The notes beneath the pieces are model-generated. The model worked only from the letters and a program-made list of their open reading frames with translations, searched no databases and had not been told where the DNA came from. A stretch of 64,000 nt of DNA, taken from the NCBI GenBank assembly GCA_964016885.1, contig OZ024740.1:93000001-93064000 (forward strand), given 5' to 3'. This DNA is from Eledone cirrhosa (Eukaryota). Made by a program: the position numbers and the translations under genes. How positions within the stretch are numbered: the first letter of the stretch is position 1; each line of letters opens with the position of its first letter. Below are positions 14,701 through 27,752 of the stretch, piece after piece.

Positions 14701-16061
14701 TGATATATTGCTCTGATTTTTTAATCTTTTAATTTATTAATTCTTCATAGAGCTTAAAAGTGACCAGTTGCAACATGTATATATCTATAACTTTATCTAT
14801 ATGTTAACCTCTATATTTAATAATCTCCCGATAGGTTTAGATCAAATTTGGCGTTATTTGGCTGCGCTTTCTAGCAGCAAGCCTAGCCGCCGTAAGCAAC
14901 CAATCAGTTTTCTTTCTGGCTTGACCACAGCTATATAGCGATTCTTAGCCATTATTGAATCTATTTTTGGTGGGATCGGATTGAAAAACTAGATGTCTGA
15001 TTTTGAGTTTGTCTCCTGATGAATCTTAACTCAGGACATTCCTATTATTTGGATGTCTAAAAATAAGGAAGAAACCATGGTAGAAATCTAATTACGGTAT
15101 GTTCGCATTTCTTCTAAGTTTAATTTTACACCTAATTGGGTATGGTTGATGATATATTTAGTCAGTTTCTACATGCTGTCGAAATGTTGGATAAATACTC
15201 GATCGGGGCCACCGCGAAGAGCTACGTTCGGCTATTTGTCGGAGATTTCTCCATAAGAGCCTTTCTTCTTATAGCTTGGTCAAAATTGATTTTTTATATG
15301 GTTAATTATGCTAATTAGAAGAAGAAATATTATATATTTTATCTGATGATTCGCAAGACATGATTTATGATATATTGCTCTGATTTTTTAATTTATTAAT
15401 TCTTCATAGAGCTTAAAAGTGACCAGTTGCAACATGTATATATCTATAACTTTATGTATATGTTAACCTCTATAATTAATAATCTCCCGATAGGTTGAAA
15501 TTAGATTTGGCGATATTTGGCTGCGCTTTCTAGCAGCAAGCCTACCCGCCGTAAGCAACCAATCACATTCTTTCTGGCTTGACCACAGCCACATAGCGAT
15601 TCTTAGCCATTTTTGAATCTATTTTTGGCGGGATCGGATTGAAAAACTAGATGTCTGATTTCGAGTTTGTCTCCTGATGAATCCTAACTCAGGACATTCC
15701 TATTATTTGGATGTCTAAAAATAAGGAAGAAACCATTGTAGAGATATAATTACGGTATGTACGCATTTCTTCTAAGTTTAATTTTACACCTAATTGTGTA
15801 TGGTTGATGATATGTTTAGTCAGTTTCTACATGCTGTCGAAATGTTGGATAAATACTCGATCGGGGCCACCGCAAAGAGGCTACGTTCGGCTATTTGTCG
15901 GAGATTTCTCCATAAGAGCCTTTCTTCTTATAGATTGGTCTAATTGATTTTTTATATGGTTAATTATGCTAATTAGAAGAACAAATAGTATATATTTTAT
16001 CTGATGATTCTAAAGACATGATTTATGATATATATATATATATATACACATTGTCTTTGTT

Positions 16062-16132
16062 AGTTTCAGAAGATCCCGTTAAGGGTGAAAGCAACGATTA
16101 TTTGCTTAAACTTTAATCTGTTACTTTAATAA
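16062..16132 (+). repeat. Fragment of the dispersed repeat also forming the arms at 38500-39059
   Basis: CAGAAGATCCCGTTAAGGGTGAAAGCAAC...TTTGCTTA.ACTTTAATCT is shared with 38995-39059. Confidence 0.75.
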
Positions 16133-16340
<208 letters not shown>

Positions 16341-16573
16341 TTATAATTTATTATGTTTTGAACTGTTAAGCTTGATTTGATTTTTGACTTGGGTGGTTAA
16401 TGCTTCCTTGACCAGCTTTTCAATGTTGTATGGCTTCTTAAAACATTGTTTAGCTCTGGTTTTTAATTATTGACCACTTTGCCAGTATCATTTCTGATTT
16501 TTGCGTTTCGATTCGCTTTTCCTGCCCGCCGAAATTGCGATTGTCGTGGAATCTTTATTTGTATATATATATA

Positions 16574-16973
16574 CAATGACGTGATACAGCAGTCAAGAAA
16601 CAGAGCTAAGCCCCTTATAACCATGAACAAAATACCACGGGTGCGGTGGGTATTCATATCAAAGCCGTAGAAGAGGTGGTTTGAGAGGCGAGAAGTATGA
16701 GCAATGGTAGCTATCCAGCAGTCACTACACTTCAAAGGTTATTCGGTCCGCATGTATCTGTGTGTTTCTCTCTATATATTGTTTACAACACCCTTTGGTC
16801 GAGTAGCCTTTGAAGAGTAGTGACTGCAGGATAGCAACCATTACTCATACTTCTCGCCTCCTCAAACCACCTCTTCTACAGCTCTGATATGAATACTCCC
16901 TCCGCCTCCGTGGTATTTTTTTCAGGGTTATAAGGGGCTTAGCTCTGTTTCTTGACCGCATATCACGTGATTG
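16574..16973. repeat. Diverged inverted repeat (~175-bp arms, ~50-bp spacer) of an unclassified dispersed family
   Basis: 16574-16748 is the reverse complement of 16797-16973 (e.g. GTCAAGAAACAGAGCTAAGCCCCTTATAACC / GGTTATAAGGGGCTTAGCTCTGTTTCTTGAC). Related pieces lie at 17274-17380 (+) and 26865-26996 (-). Confidence 0.9.
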
Positions 16974-17376
16974 ACTCTCCCTCCGCATTTTAGAGATTCT
17001 ACCTCGCGCATTGCGGACGTGTTTTGAAATCCTTAATGAGGTATCCCCTTGAAAAGTCGTTAGAACCTCAGAGAGACTCTATATACCTATGATATAGTGT
17101 TTTTGCATAATATGCAACGAAACTACGTAGTCAGGGACTATAGTAACAGCTAGGGATGATATATCTCATTACTAATTATATCTAATGTTTCTTCTCTCTT
17201 TATAATGTACTATATAGCTCTGATACCGAATCAGTCTAATCCATTCGGATTGTTTTGTCCTAGTTATTCATAGAGCAACATCGGTTGAGGTTGGCACCAC
17301 TAATTCAGGGATATGTGTGGATATATTCATGTATATGTATGTGTCCGCATGTATATGTGTGTTTCTCTCTTTATAT

Positions 17377-17774
<398 letters not shown>

Positions 17775-19155
17775 GTGTTAGTATCATAAATGAGATACAG
17801 TTTAATTTGTACATTTTATTAGACCATTCCTTTATATATACATAAACATGTTATTTACTGTTGTATAAAAAAGAAGTATAATTGTTTATGCATTTGTCAC
17901 AAGGTCAGCAATTATGCCAGTAGTTTACTGGTACTTTATTATATATCATTATCTATAAAAGGCAGATTTTTGTGTCTGTATGTTTCAATTTTATACATTT
18001 ACACAATTCCAAAAATATTGAATGAATAATTAAGCAGAATGTTTACAAATATTCTAACTTGGGTCATGGGCGATCTTATTGGCTCAAAAATGCCACAATT
18101 ACGGAAAAATTGATTTATTTCAACAATCGATGATTTCTCCTCTCTCATATGATATACGTTTTCTATATCTACTCCCATTCATCACCTCCCCTTAACATTG
18201 CTACCTTCTCTTGTAAGTGTTTGTGAAAAATAGAAACATTGAAAAAAAACATATACACACATATATGTGTGTGCATACAAACACATATATGTTGGTATGG
18301 TTACGATTGACGTTATAGAAACAGGAACGCGGGAATTTCAATCAATCAACGCATACACAGTTTGTTTTAGAAATAACAATAGCATATAATGATAAAGAGA
18401 TCGGCCTTACACTTTCAAACTAAATGTTCTGTATAAGTAACTTTAACCCTTTATTTTCGACATAAAAATACACACATACATACAAATACCTGTAAATTTG
18501 TTTGGGGGGTCTTTCTTATCAATCTTTTTACATTCAATTATCAGCCTTATACTTTCAAAGTCAATTTTTATGTTGAAGTAACTTTCAACCTTTAATACAT
18601 ACATACATACATACATACATACATACATACATACATACATACATACATACATACATACATACATACAAATACCTGTCACTCTATTTACGCACACATCGGC
18701 CTTACACTTTCATACACACATACCTATACACACATACATACAAATACCTGTCACTTAATTTACACACACATCGACCTTACACTTTCATACACACATACCT
18801 ATACACACATACATACAAATACCTTTCACTTAATTTACACACACATCGGCCTTACACTTTCAAACTATATGTTTCTGTAGAAGTAACTTTAACCCTTTCT
18901 TTTCGACATAAAAATACACACATACATACAAAACCTGTTTTTTGTTTTTTTTCTTATCAATCTTTTTACATTTAATTATCAGCCTTATACTTTCAAAGTT
19001 AATTTTTATGTTGAAGTAACTTTCACCCTTTATTTTTCGATATCCATTTACTTACTAACATTTGTATCACAATAACAATATTCATAAATAGACACTAGAC
19101 TTTCAAAGTCAATTTTTCTGTAGAAGTAACTTTCACCCTTTCTTTTGGACATAAA

Positions 19156-19903
19156 ATGCCACCTAAAAAGAGAAGTCGCCTCAGTCGACATACCGCGTCA
19201 GCAGTGGCACAAAAGGCTACAATAGCAAACGAGTCCTCTGAGGAAAATGCTTCAAGACTTTCACAGACAGCCTTACGTTCAGCAGAATGTCGAGCCGCTG
19301 AAAGTTTCCATCAGCGCACCGCACGCCTAGCCAAAATGGCTTCATACCAGGCTTCTTCCAGGGCTTCACAGAGCCGTGAACAAAGGTCGAAGCGCCTCGC
19401 TAGAAACGCTGCGACTAATGCTGCTTCCACATATTTGGAACGTTTAAAACAACGGACGGCTCGCCTTCCTACGGACGACTCGCCTTCCTACGGACGCTGC
19501 GGCTATGATTACTTCCATGGCTTCTGAAGATGCAGACGGGCGGTCCATTAGCATTGCAAATGTTGCTTCTTCTATTGCTGCCATACCTTCCCACCAACCA
19601 CACGACCAATGTTCTACGTTCAAGCGTAACAGTCGACGGCGAGAAGCTGCACGCGGTGTTACGAGCCCCAACAGCCCTTACTGGCACCTACGGGCTTTCA
19701 AGTATGAGCAAAACGTTTATTACTCGATGCGCTCTGACATAAATATAGGCGAGATGCGCATCAATTGCCAATTCTGCAATGCTACAAAGTGGGCTGGGGA
19801 GCCACCTGCAATGTGCTGCTTAAACGGTAACGTCACCTTGCCCCCTCTTCCGGAACCGCCAGAGCCTTTAAAGGAACTACTGACTGGTTATACCTCAAGG
19901 TAA
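19156..19903 (+). pseudogene. Helitron RepHel N-terminal region (basic MPPKKR start, charged repeats, Cys-rich motif), frameshifted
   Basis: ORFs 19156-19527 and 19505-19903. CQFCNATKWAGEPPAMCCLNGNVTLPPLPEPPEPLKELL matches the CxxC..E....CC..G.V.LP....PEPL motif that precedes the Rep domain in Helitrons. Confidence 0.8.
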
Positions 19904-19934
19904 AAAAAAAAAACCCGGATCCCCCCAATAAAAA

Positions 19935-21200
19935 AACGCTCCTGGGGGTACCGGAAAAACTTTTGTAACGAATTTGATTCTCGCTAAGATTCGTCAGGAG
20001 AAAAAAGTTGCGTTGTCCGTTGCATCGTCCGGGATCGCTGCTACTTTGCTGCCGAGAGACAGGACAGCACATTCAATCTTTAAACTCCCTTTGGATTTAG
20101 TAAAAACTGAGACACCAACATGCAATATCAGCAAGAGTTCACACAAAGCTCTGGTTCTCAAAAGATGTTGCCTCATTGTTTGGGATGAGTGCACAATGGC
20201 ACACAAGGGTGCCCTTGAGGCATTGGACAGGGCCCGGAAAGACATTAGGGATTCTACGGCTCCTATGGGTGGCGTAACCCTTCTGCTATCAGGGGATTTT
20301 CGGAAAACGCTGCCTGTCATCACCAATTGGACAAGAGCTGATGAAGGGCGTGCCTGTCTTAAGTCGTCCATGTGGTGGCTCCAGGTGAATAGTTTGTACC
20401 TGAGCACAAATATGCGTGCTCATTTGCATGGTGACAACATGTCTGCAGCACAGAAATTTTTAGCACTTGGTGAGGGCAAGATTCCTGCGGAACACAAGGG
20501 CGGCATAGCAATCGACACCCTGTGCAACATTGTGGGCCGCCCTTCTGACCTTTGGGAAGCAGTTTTTCCTAATGTCTCATCTAACTTTAAAAACCTCGAT
20601 TGGCTCAGCGAAAGAGCCATACTTGCTCCGAAAAATACCATGGTTAATTTTATTAACGAGCAACTGATTGAGAAGATTCCCGGTAAAGAGCACATCTTCA
20701 AATCAGACCCCGACGATATCATTAATTATCCGGTTGAGTTATTAAATCTCCTTGAGCCACCAGGGCTCCCACCTCACATTATTAAGCTTAGGTTTGGCTG
20801 TCCCATTATGCTAATAAGGAACTTGCGTCCACCAAAGCAGTGCAACGGTACTCGCATGGTCGTCAAGTCACTGACACCCACTTGATTGAGGCCACAATTG
20901 TAACGGGGTGCGGAAGAGGGGAGAATGTTTTCATTCCAAGGATGAACCTTTTCCCCTCGGCGTCAGATATCCCGTTCGATTTCCCACGATCCCAATTCCC
21001 GGTGAGACCATGTTTTGCCATGTCCATTAACAAGTCAGAAGGGCAAAGATTGTCGGTGGCGGGCATCCATTTAGAGGAGCCATGCTTCTCCCATGGCCAA
21101 CTTTATGTTGCTTGTTCCCGCGACAGGGAGCAGGAATGGACTTTTTGCTTACTCTCCTCAAGGCATGACACGCAATATCGTCTACAAAGAGGTGCTATAG
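19935..21200 (+). pseudogene. Helitron Pif1-family (SF1B) helicase, frameshifted
   Basis: Walker A APGGTGKT at 19938 is in frame with ORF 19974. Motifs ASSGIAATLL, TAHSIFKLP, IVWDE, LLSGDFRKTLPV, LSTNMR, AILAPKN, CNGTR, QFPVRPCFAMSINKSEGQ, FSHGQLYVACSR; ends NIVYKEVL* at 21200. Confidence 0.93.
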
Positions 21201-21696
21201 ATGTTGGTGCAGGTGTTGGAGCTATGTCGTCTGGAACACTATTTCCTGGTAGGGTATCCCATGGCGGAGACATCTGACACCCAGCGGCATCAGGGCCACC
21301 ATCTTGCAACTTTGGTCTACTAAATTCGCTATTGGAGGAATATTAACCCATCATTGATTGACCAACATGCTAATTGGTTCGTAACTTTTAATAACCGGTT
21401 CAACTGCTTTATGCACTTAATTGATAAGCTTATTCGCTTTCAAATCACTTTTACCTGTATGTGTTTTTCATAGCAAATGAACAAACCCGAGCAACGCCGG
21501 GCTATACTGCTAGTAATATATATAATGCGACATTTCTCTCTCTTTCTAACTTTGTCTTTTTAGATAGATACATAGGTATAACGCCGCGCGCGTATAATAT
21601 ATATATATATATATGTCTGCCTGGCTGCATTGACTTCGCTTTTAACCAACTTTTATGTAATTATATATATATATATATATAATTACATATTCGTGT

Positions 21697-22230
21697 ACAT
21701 ATTTTCAACAGTAATACTGTACTAAATATGTTCAACAGTAACACTATACTATACTATATATTTTCAACAGTAATATTATACTATATTATATGTATACAAC
21801 AGTCATATTATACTATACTATATAATTTCAACAGTAATACTATACTCTATATTTTTAACAGTAATACTCTACTATATATTTTCAACAGTAATAATGTATT
21901 GTACTATATATTTTCAACAGTAAAAATCTACTATATTTGTTCAACAATGATACTATATTATACTATATATTTCCAACAGTAATACTATAATATATATGTT
22001 TAACAGTAATGCTGTACTATATATTTTCAACAGTAATACTTTACTATATATTCTCAACAGTAATACTGAACTATACTATATGTTTTCAACAGTAATACTG
22101 TACTATATTATATATTTTCAACATGATTACTATACTAGTCTATATATTTTCAACAGTAATACCGCACTGTGCTATATATTTTCAACATTAATACTATACT
22201 ATATATTTTCAACAGTAATTTAATACTACA
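21697..22230. repeat. AT-rich minisatellite, ~25-30 bp unit (TATATTTTCAACAGTAATACT[ATACT])
   Basis: Roughly 20 degenerate copies of the CAACAGTAATACT core. Confidence 0.92.
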
Positions 22231-23302
22231 AAGACGGCTTATCGTTTGTTTATCCAAGCGAAGCTAGGTATGTTAGCTATATATACATATATCTGGATGC
22301 CGTAGAACACGCCAATGGCAGCCAGCGCCAGCCGGACGGGCCAGATATTATATAATATAATTCAACAGATTATTCTGCATCATATTTTGTATATATACCT
22401 AACAACATGGGCGACAATATTATGGATATTTCACTGCCCTTTTCTGGATACTATTATAATCAGTATCATATAAACCACATTTGCTATGTATTTAGTTGCA
22501 GTTGTCCAGATGATATGTATGCTTTATAGATAGAAACAGTTATATTTGTGATGTTTACATGTCTATATGCTAAATATTTGTAAATGCATATAACCATTTG
22601 TGCAGACAAGGAAAGAAATATAGGCGATACATATTTATTCAAAGGAAAATGATTTTCAAGAGAGCTGTTGGTGTATTTATAATAATACCCTTTTTATGCC
22701 GCTCCACCTCATAATAAATCTGCCGATTTTCTTGGGTTACATCCAAAACATCATTTTAGTAGATGTAATGAATTCGTCTTGGTTCCAACGCATTAATATT
22801 TTTGTGGATGTGACTCTTATTTGTGTGTAACATAGTCTAAACGGCACTGAATAATTAACTCAACTTTTTAACAACGGCGTGGACACTCTAAACAGAATTA
22901 TGGACACAAAATCACATCCATTTCCAAAAGAAGTAGTTCCTCCTGTCTTAGAAAAGGCATCTACAGATGTTCTCTGATACAGCCCCTAACGAAACACGAC
23001 TTAATATAGAGGACTTTTTCTGACATTTATTCAGCACCAAATGAAACACATCCTTGTCATGCACTGTACTTCACCCATTGTGCACCACAAAGTACTGACT
23101 TCAGTTGCCACCATGCCTTGAAACCTAACTTATCAGAATTGCATGTTATCTATGAAACATAATCAGTTCTTATGTATTAAATAGAACACTTTTATATTTC
23201 ATTTCCCAAAGCAGGATATCTCTAGACACGCTCTCATGCACATGCACAAATGGACACACACACAAACACACATACATGAGCGCCCACTCTCTCACACACA
23301 CA

Positions 23303-23348
<46 letters not shown>

Positions 23349-24791
23349 TATTATTTTTTAAATATATAATTGTGTGTGTGTTTGTGTATGTGTTTCGTGC
23401 ATATTTAATCCATAGAACACATTGTCGATGTCTTCACTTAGCGGGAAATATATATCTGACAATTTACCAATTAGATATAAGAAACTAATATTGTAAGTAT
23501 CCGAACCCCTGTTTCCTCGCAGATGCTACGTTCATGTGATAACATTCTATGGGATATTTTGCCCTGATGTCAAGACAGTCTCAAAAAGAACACACTTCAG
23601 TTAAATTCTACTGCATATTATAAGAGATTTCTGATTCCTCACAATTAATTAAAACACTTCGACGGAATCATTTGTCATGAGATACATTAATGTGAACGTC
23701 AATGTTTGTGGCCTCTTTTTAGGTTTTAGTAAAACATTACAGATAGTTCTAGGATTAGAATTGCTGACGCGTCTTGAAATTGTTAACGATAGTATTTCAT
23801 ATGAATATCTAAACAATGAAAACGTGTGGTCACATTCTAATCAATTTAAGAGGAAATGAAATAATCCCGCAGCTTGATTTTCTGGAATCCACTTCATTGT
23901 TATTTTACGTTGCATTAGTCACGAAACTACTTCTGCAACGAGGTTAATAAACTGGTTTCATTATAAATATTGCCTGCTGATAATAATAAAACCTTTCATG
24001 CTGAAACATGTTGTTTCTTAATTGAAATACTTCAGCATATTGCCAACTGTTCCAAGCTTTCCACATATGGCTATCTTCATAATTGTCTGAGAGCATAATC
24101 ATTCTTAATCGATGACTTGCTGTTAATATCAATTATTGCATAATTAAATTTAGAATAGAATACGAGCATGAATATATTAAAATAATCAGAAATTCCATAT
24201 TATATACAGCAATCAAGTTTAAAATACAATGACATATATCGTAAATATGTCGCGTACAGTGGAGTGTTTTATTACAAAATAGAGTAACTACTTTCTAAAA
24301 TATTATATTACTCGACATGCCTTTCATGCCTTTCAGAGTAAAATGATTACCTGAAAATATTTCGCTAATTCATTTATTTGAAAAGAAAAAATTTAATCTT
24401 CGAAATTAATCATTTTATATAAGATCTTATTTGTATAAATTACAGAAGAAAACTAACAATAGAATGATTCATAGCAATATACCTCGAAGAAAGTTGAAAT
24501 GTTCGATAAATTCCAATACATTTTTTTAAATAGTCGATAAAATTTAGAGTAATAATGTATGATGGAAATATTCAAATTCGGTAAAACATTAATGTAATAA
24601 GATATAACATGAATAACAAATCACACTCAAGGAAACACTAAAATAAAGAAGGTCACGCACACATGATGTGTCTTTTGATGAAAATGGGAAGATCGTTTCT
24701 CACATATAGTCTTCGTAAATATTCCTTACTTTTCTATCTGAAGTTACACACACACACACACGCACACACACACATACACACCCACACACAC

Positions 24792-24842
<51 letters not shown>

Positions 24843-24914
24843 CAAAGAGATATTTAATTTGTTGGTAATGCAACAAATTTATTTATAACAGATACAAAGC
24901 ACTCAACAAGTTTC

Positions 24915-25185
24915 CTGGAATATAATATCAATGATATTAATAAATGGAAACTATATTTATGAAACCATAATATTTGGTACGCTCTCATCAGATAAAATAT
25001 AAAATGTGTTTCATATATAGTGACATACTCCAGAACCCAAACCTTATCGGTTCAGGATCCGTTTGGATAGTGAAAGGAAAAAAGAAAAAAATGTCAAACC
25101 TTTATGATGGATATGTAAATGAAGTGGAAGCGTAGACCTAAAAAGTCGCTATATTTAGACGCCAGGTAAATTTAAATAATTATTA
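24915..25185 (-). repeat. Third, rearranged copy of the HHR-bearing element at 26397-26820
   Basis: TATCAATGATATTAATAAATGGAAACTAT and TTTGGTACGC.CTCATCAGAT, as well as TATATTTAGA.GC.AGGTAAAT, are shared with 26641-26820. Confidence 0.8.
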
Positions 25186-26396
25186 GGATACTTTATAAAG
25201 GAAGAAGTAAGAGAGGCTAATATTATTATTATGGTGTAAGTAAACTTAAAAATTAAAAATGTGTAGAAGTAGTAGAATACTAATCCAAAAATTTAAAATA
25301 TATAAACAAATCATGAGTTATAATATTATATAGATAAACTTTATAATTAGATTTTATGAATAATGAACGTTGTTAGTACACTTAAGCTTATTATATTACA
25401 ACAGGTCATTTATATAAATAGTTATATAAATAAATAAAAATATAAATATTATTGTTGGTTATATATGTTGTTATTTTCAATAGATAAATATTATTATATC
25501 ATATGAGAGTTACGAAATATATTGTGTTTACATTTTCCATATACAGTTAAGAAAAAGACATAGTTCACATTTTATTAAAGAAGAACTGTTTTTATTTTCA
25601 AATAGTTCCATCAAGATAGAAAACATTTACCGAAAATTATTAAGTTAACGAAATTATAGAGAATTTAGTATTTATGTTGTTAAGAAGAGAGAATGTGCAT
25701 GCGTGCTACATTATAAAGGAACATATAACTAAAATGTTTCTTAATTACACAATTTATGTTAGATTTGTCATTTATTTTAGAATTTACTTAAAAAAAGCTG
25801 AGTGCATATAGACAAAATGCTATATAATAATTTGTGTATGATTATAAAGTATTTTATATTGCATGTTTTCAAAGATGAGAATTTCTTTTGTATATGTATT
25901 TAGATATTATCTATATATTCAATTAGGAAGAAAATACTATTACAGACATCAGGAGTGTATTTAGAAACTATCACAAAAAGAATACAATTCAAAATAAGAA
26001 TTAAAAAATATGAATTAAAAAAATATTGAGAAGGATATGAATTGGAAAAGAATATCATTTGTAAAAATAATTTGTAAAAATATCACATACAAAGAAAAAT
26101 ATCATTTAAAAATCACCACAAAACATCGACAGAAGCATAGTGATGACATATAACATGTGAACAAGCGTAATATATACTATAGATTAAAAATACTTCGGAA
26201 GTCATTTTTTGGCGATGTCTGCAGGAACTGAATATTTCTTTCTTTAAGTTGATATAGTTTTGGTAGGTAAGTATATAAAAAATTGCTTCAATACGCAAAT
26301 GACAGATTCTTGAGAGAGTATATTTCGGTATGCGGGTGGTTTCGAAATAGTTCCCCAAGACATGGAATAGTCAATATTTTATATTGTAACATAATA

Positions 26397-26573
26397 ATTA
26401 TTTAAAGTTAACTAGCGTCTGAATATGACGAATTGTTTAGTCTACAATTCTATTTATAAAACAAATTTAGTATTTCATCTGATGATGGCGTACCAAGGTT
26501 TTTGGTACCCTTGAAATATATCTAATAAAATAAATATGGTTTTATAAACATAGTTTCCATATATTATTATCAT

Positions 26574-26645
<72 letters not shown>

Positions 26646-26811
26646 ATGATATTAATAAATGGAAACTATGTTTATAAAACCATATTCATTTCATTAGATA
26701 TATTTCGAGGGTCCCAATAACTTTGGTACGCCCTCATCAGATGAATTACTAAATTTGTTTTATAAATAGAATTGTAGACTGAAAAATTCGTTATATTTAG
26801 AGGCTAGGTAA

Positions 26812-26820
<9 letters not shown>
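26397..26820. repeat. Fold-back inverted repeat (~180-bp arms) centred on (TA)n; each arm contains a hammerhead-like core
   Basis: 26397-26578 is the reverse complement of 26641-26820. On + 26471-26532: TTCAT CTGATGA tggcGTACC..GGTACcctt GAAA TATATCTA ATAAAA. The minus-strand copy 26690-26745 has G-C closing helix II and helix I TTCAT/ATGAA; helix III is imperfect. Confidence 0.88.
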
Positions 26821-26866
<46 letters not shown>

Positions 26867-26996
26867 TACAAAGAAATACACAGACACATGCGAATACATA
26901 CTTATACATTCATATACCCACATATATCCCTGAATTTGTGTGGTGCCAACCTTAACCGTTGTTGCTTAACTGTTTCTTGACCACTGTATCACGTAG

Positions 26997-27287
26997 TATT
27001 GGAAGTAGCGGGTTCATTCGGTGAGAAGATCCATCTGCTGCCAATACCCTTCCAATGGAGGGCTGGGGATGCCGAGGCTGAGGATGCGAAAATACGCGCT
27101 CAGGCTGCGGCACCTCCACGTATTCCCTACCAGACAACCGGCGTGGGCCTCGTTCGTGAGGCGAGCCTTCCCACGACCCGTGTCGCTGATTGAGCTGCAG
27201 TCCTGGGTCAAGCAAAGACCGAGGAAAATGGGCGACTGGCACATCGAATGTGCTCAGGCGCTCACAGCCCTCTGGCAGGCGGACCAA
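26997..27287 (+). mobile_element. Tx1/L1-clade LINE ORF2 3' fragment
   Basis: RRSICCQYPSNGGLGMPRLRMRKYALRLRHLH...LIELQSWVK is homologous to 51351-51690 (-) in this window. Confidence 0.8.
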
Positions 27288-27499
27288 AGAAAAGAATGTT
27301 ATTGATAAATTCAAACCCAAGCTAAATGAACAATAACAACGCCTAGGAGTATTACTTCTACTACCACTATGACCACGACCACTAACAACAACAACAACAA
27401 CAACAATAATAATAATAATAAAAGTGATGTTGATGGTGATGATTAATAGAAAATGCTATTTTCATCATTTCAAAAAGCAAAACAATTGATACGTTGCGT

Positions 27500-27713
27500 A
27501 TGACTATTGGTCGTTAGCATGCTCAACCAGCCGTGACGCTTAAACCAATCAGCTGTAGTAATTCAGTGAAACTACACACTGATTGGTCGAAATACAGTTT
27601 ACAGGGCTTTGTATTCTGGAGCCACTTTTCTCTGTATAAAATGTATAAAAGGTAGTAAATTTACCCATCTCATTACAGTTGAAAATTGCAAACTCGACTG
27701 TCACCACATATCA
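27500..27713 (+). promoter_or_regulatory. Candidate Pol II promoter upstream of a hammerhead (Penelope pLTR-like)
   Basis: ATTGG (27506), CCAATCAG (27545) and CTGATTGG (27579) CCAAT boxes; two TATAAAA (27635, 27644) ~70 bp before the HHR. Confidence 0.4.
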
Positions 27714-27752
27714 TGAACCTGAAGATTGCGAAAGCATGAAAGTACTTGTTCA
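27714..27752 (+). ncRNA. Minimal type I hammerhead ribozyme (Penelope-type)
   Basis: TGAAC CTGAAGA t-TGC-GAAA-GCA-t GAAA GTAC TT GTTCA: perfect helix I TGAAC/GTTCA, GNRA-capped helix II, palindromic helix III AGTACT, cleavage triplet CUU. Confidence 0.8.

Larger units (their letters stand above)
1..16033. repeat. Tandem satellite array, ~657-667 bp monomer, 24 full copies + ~190 bp partial; begins before the window
   Basis: Anchor AATGTTGGATAAATACTCGATCGGGGCCAC recurs at 1, 658, 1322, 1979, 2636, 3294, 3951, 4608, 5272, 5929, 6586, 7244, 7901, 8565, 9222, 9879, 10537, 11194, 11860, 12526, 13183, 13849, 14516, 15183, 15841. The array ends by running into (TA)n at ~16033. Confidence 0.99.
17946..21513 (+). 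mobile_element. Helitron, internally deleted (no Rep/HUH domain), non-autonomous
   Basis: 3' end has the hairpin CCCGAGCAACGCCGGG followed by CTAG (21510-21513) and then T. Putative 5' end A|TC...TCTATAAAAGGCAG at ~17946 (could be 17952). The element encloses RepHel N-terminal and Pif1 helicase remnants, with subterminal sub-repeats and (ACAT)n at 18596-18667. Confidence 0.85.

Noticed and set aside
1-16033. CRISPR array, rDNA/5S or histone gene array interpretation
   Set aside because: There are no unique spacers or cas genes, and no rRNA, tRNA or histone sequence is recognisable; the context is eukaryotic.
22640-23120. Possible piggyBac remnant (FNNGVDTLNRI, Cys/His-like tail)
   Set aside because: Only one short motif with no open frame or termini; cannot be supported without an HMM search.
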